A stretch of 59,164 bases of DNA, counting the filler, from Asterionella formosa (lineage: Eukaryota), in the NCBI GenBank assembly GCA_002256025.1. It is 4 parts of 4 records of this genome, joined end to end, with 100 filler letters (N's around TTAATTAATTAA, not from the genome) between each part and the next. Parts side by side here need not be neighbours in the genome. Positions count along the whole stretch, not along the records: positions 44,458 to 59,164 come from NKIB01005818.1; 3 more parts are not named here. One strand, written 5' to 3'. The notes beneath the pieces are model-generated. The model searched no databases. It saw only the letters and a list, made by a program, of their open reading frames with translations, and was not told the DNA's origin. Both the position numbers and the translations under genes were made by a program. Each line of letters begins with the position of its first letter. The first letter of the stretch is position 1. Below are positions 57,850-59,164 of this stretch, piece after piece.

Positions 57850-58986
57850 GTAATCAGATTGGAGGTAGGTAGGTGTTAGGGGAAAATAATGTCAAATACA
57901 CACAAAAATGTGTCACTTGTCGTCGGGGGGCTAATACTCAAATTATAAAACATTGAAACAAGACAAACAGCTATCATGTTCTTAAATGTGGTGATGAATG
58001 ATACTGGAGTACGTAAGATGAATCAATTGGCAACTTGCAATATCAGTACTACCTGGTATTCTAGTGTGTGCAACTCGTTATTATTGCTTATTAATAGTAA
58101 ATTCTGGCACCCTTTGGTTGAAAATAGTTGTGTTCCGTCGATTTGCAGATGCTGAGCAGCTAAGTTTTAGGACGGATTATGTAGCAAACATATCATCTTT
58201 CTACATGAGGATCGAAAAAATGCATATTGATTACATATAAATAGACGTGAGGGTACACTTTCAATGGCTCATTAAATTATTAGCATCTAAATAAATTACC
58301 ATAATTGAAACCAAGCGTACACACTGTCATTTTCCCTTCCCAGCATTGACACTTTCGTCTCATCAATGTATCTCTATTCCTCTCATTAAAAAGATCCACA
58401 CTGGTTGCTTGCTTTGATGCATTCCAATGCCTGCCTTGGTCTCTTCATACTCCTAGTAGCCTCATGCATCTGCTTGCTCACTACAGCTTTTGAGTTTGTG
58501 TTTTTCAAACATAGGTAAAATGTGAGCTGCTGAGTTTGTTCCATGATTCTTTTTTTTGTGTGCATGTTCTAACTGCGAAATTTATAATGGTAGCAGGAGA
58601 AATACCAAGCTCCTCCTTTTCTCTCAATATTATACAGCCAGGTAAGTGTATTTCTCTTCACTTGCTTGTTATTCTCCTCCTCCTTTTTCTTTTTCCTCTT
58701 CTCTCACCCTCATAAAAAGTTAGTATGTTTTATAGCCCATTCGCACTACCCTCTTTCAAGGCAAGTATTTCATTGTGCTAGTACCTGCTGACAAGACCTG
58801 CTGTGCTTCCCTAGCTAGTCTTGTTAGCATTGGTGCTGAGTCCCCAACAAAATCGCCTTTTGCGAAAGGTGATTGTTGGGGAAATCTCTGACCGCCTACT
58901 AGGAAGGCGACACAAGCTGCTTGTAGGGGGGCAACCCACTAATTTTTTGCACACCAGCCAGCAGACAAGACCATGCAGCAGGACGG

Positions 58987-59114
58987 TAAGGGAGTGTGGG
59001 AGTCGAACCCAACAATTGCTTCTCAAAAAAATTGCGGGAATCGAACCTTGTCACAAGCAACCTCACCAGATCAAAGGCAATGTGCACCATGCTAAACCAC
59101 AAAGCCATTCCCTT
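58987..59114 (-). other. tRNA-like (tRNA-Leu-resembling) element with box A and two box B motifs; probably a retroposon head or tRNA pseudogene
   Basis: Acceptor-like stem AAGGGAA/CTCCCTT, TGGCTTTGTGGTTTAGC (box A / D-arm), T-arm TGGGTTCGACTCCCA and an extra GGTTCGATTCC. No clean anticodon arm. Confidence 0.65.
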
Positions 59115-59164
59115 GCTTTCTCTCACCCTCCTATACTATTCTGCTGCCAAATTGGAAATACATT

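Noticed and set aside
58730..58960. HDV-like ribozyme suggested by GCGAATGGG and GCTAAC motifs
   Set aside because: I could not build a consistent P1/P1.1/P2/P3 double pseudoknot by eye; needs a covariance-model search.
58987..59114. Functional tRNA gene
   Set aside because: No clean anticodon arm, mismatched stems, a duplicated box B and an internal T run.

Overview
Eukaryotic nuclear DNA, most likely from a diatom. This is inferred from short GT-AG introns, bipartite plastid-targeting leaders, diatom-type Copia gag proteins and diatom-typical gene families. The window contains five assembly gaps. The left ~29.5 kb is a nest of mostly decayed transposable elements: two Copia LTR elements, a piggyBac-like element, PIF/Harbinger, several non-LTR fragments, pogo, MULE, two IS630/Tc1-like copies and a Plavaka/CMC-like element, plus satellites. 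It holds one intact host gene, a secreted Pro/Thr-rich protein with KxxK lysine clusters. The right ~29.5 kb is gene-dense: fasciclin, two sulfotransferase-like paralogs, fibrillin, RRP6, RluA, COX6B, an FBPase homolog, a UBE2W-like E2, an ankyrin protein and CTDSPL2. It ends in a tRNA-headed retroposon-like remnant. The main leads are: (1) a MULE DDE transposase apparently split into two convergent genes; (2) a tRNA-like head plus structured body linked by homology to a LINE 3' tail; (3) an in-frame UGA between Copia gag and protease; (4) pervasive TA-CC(n)GG-TA motifs that look like transposon excision footprints; (5) an FBPase lacking catalytic residues; (6) a UBE2W-like E2 with a signal peptide and transit-like leader. 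All family calls come from motif recognition by eye; no database search was run.
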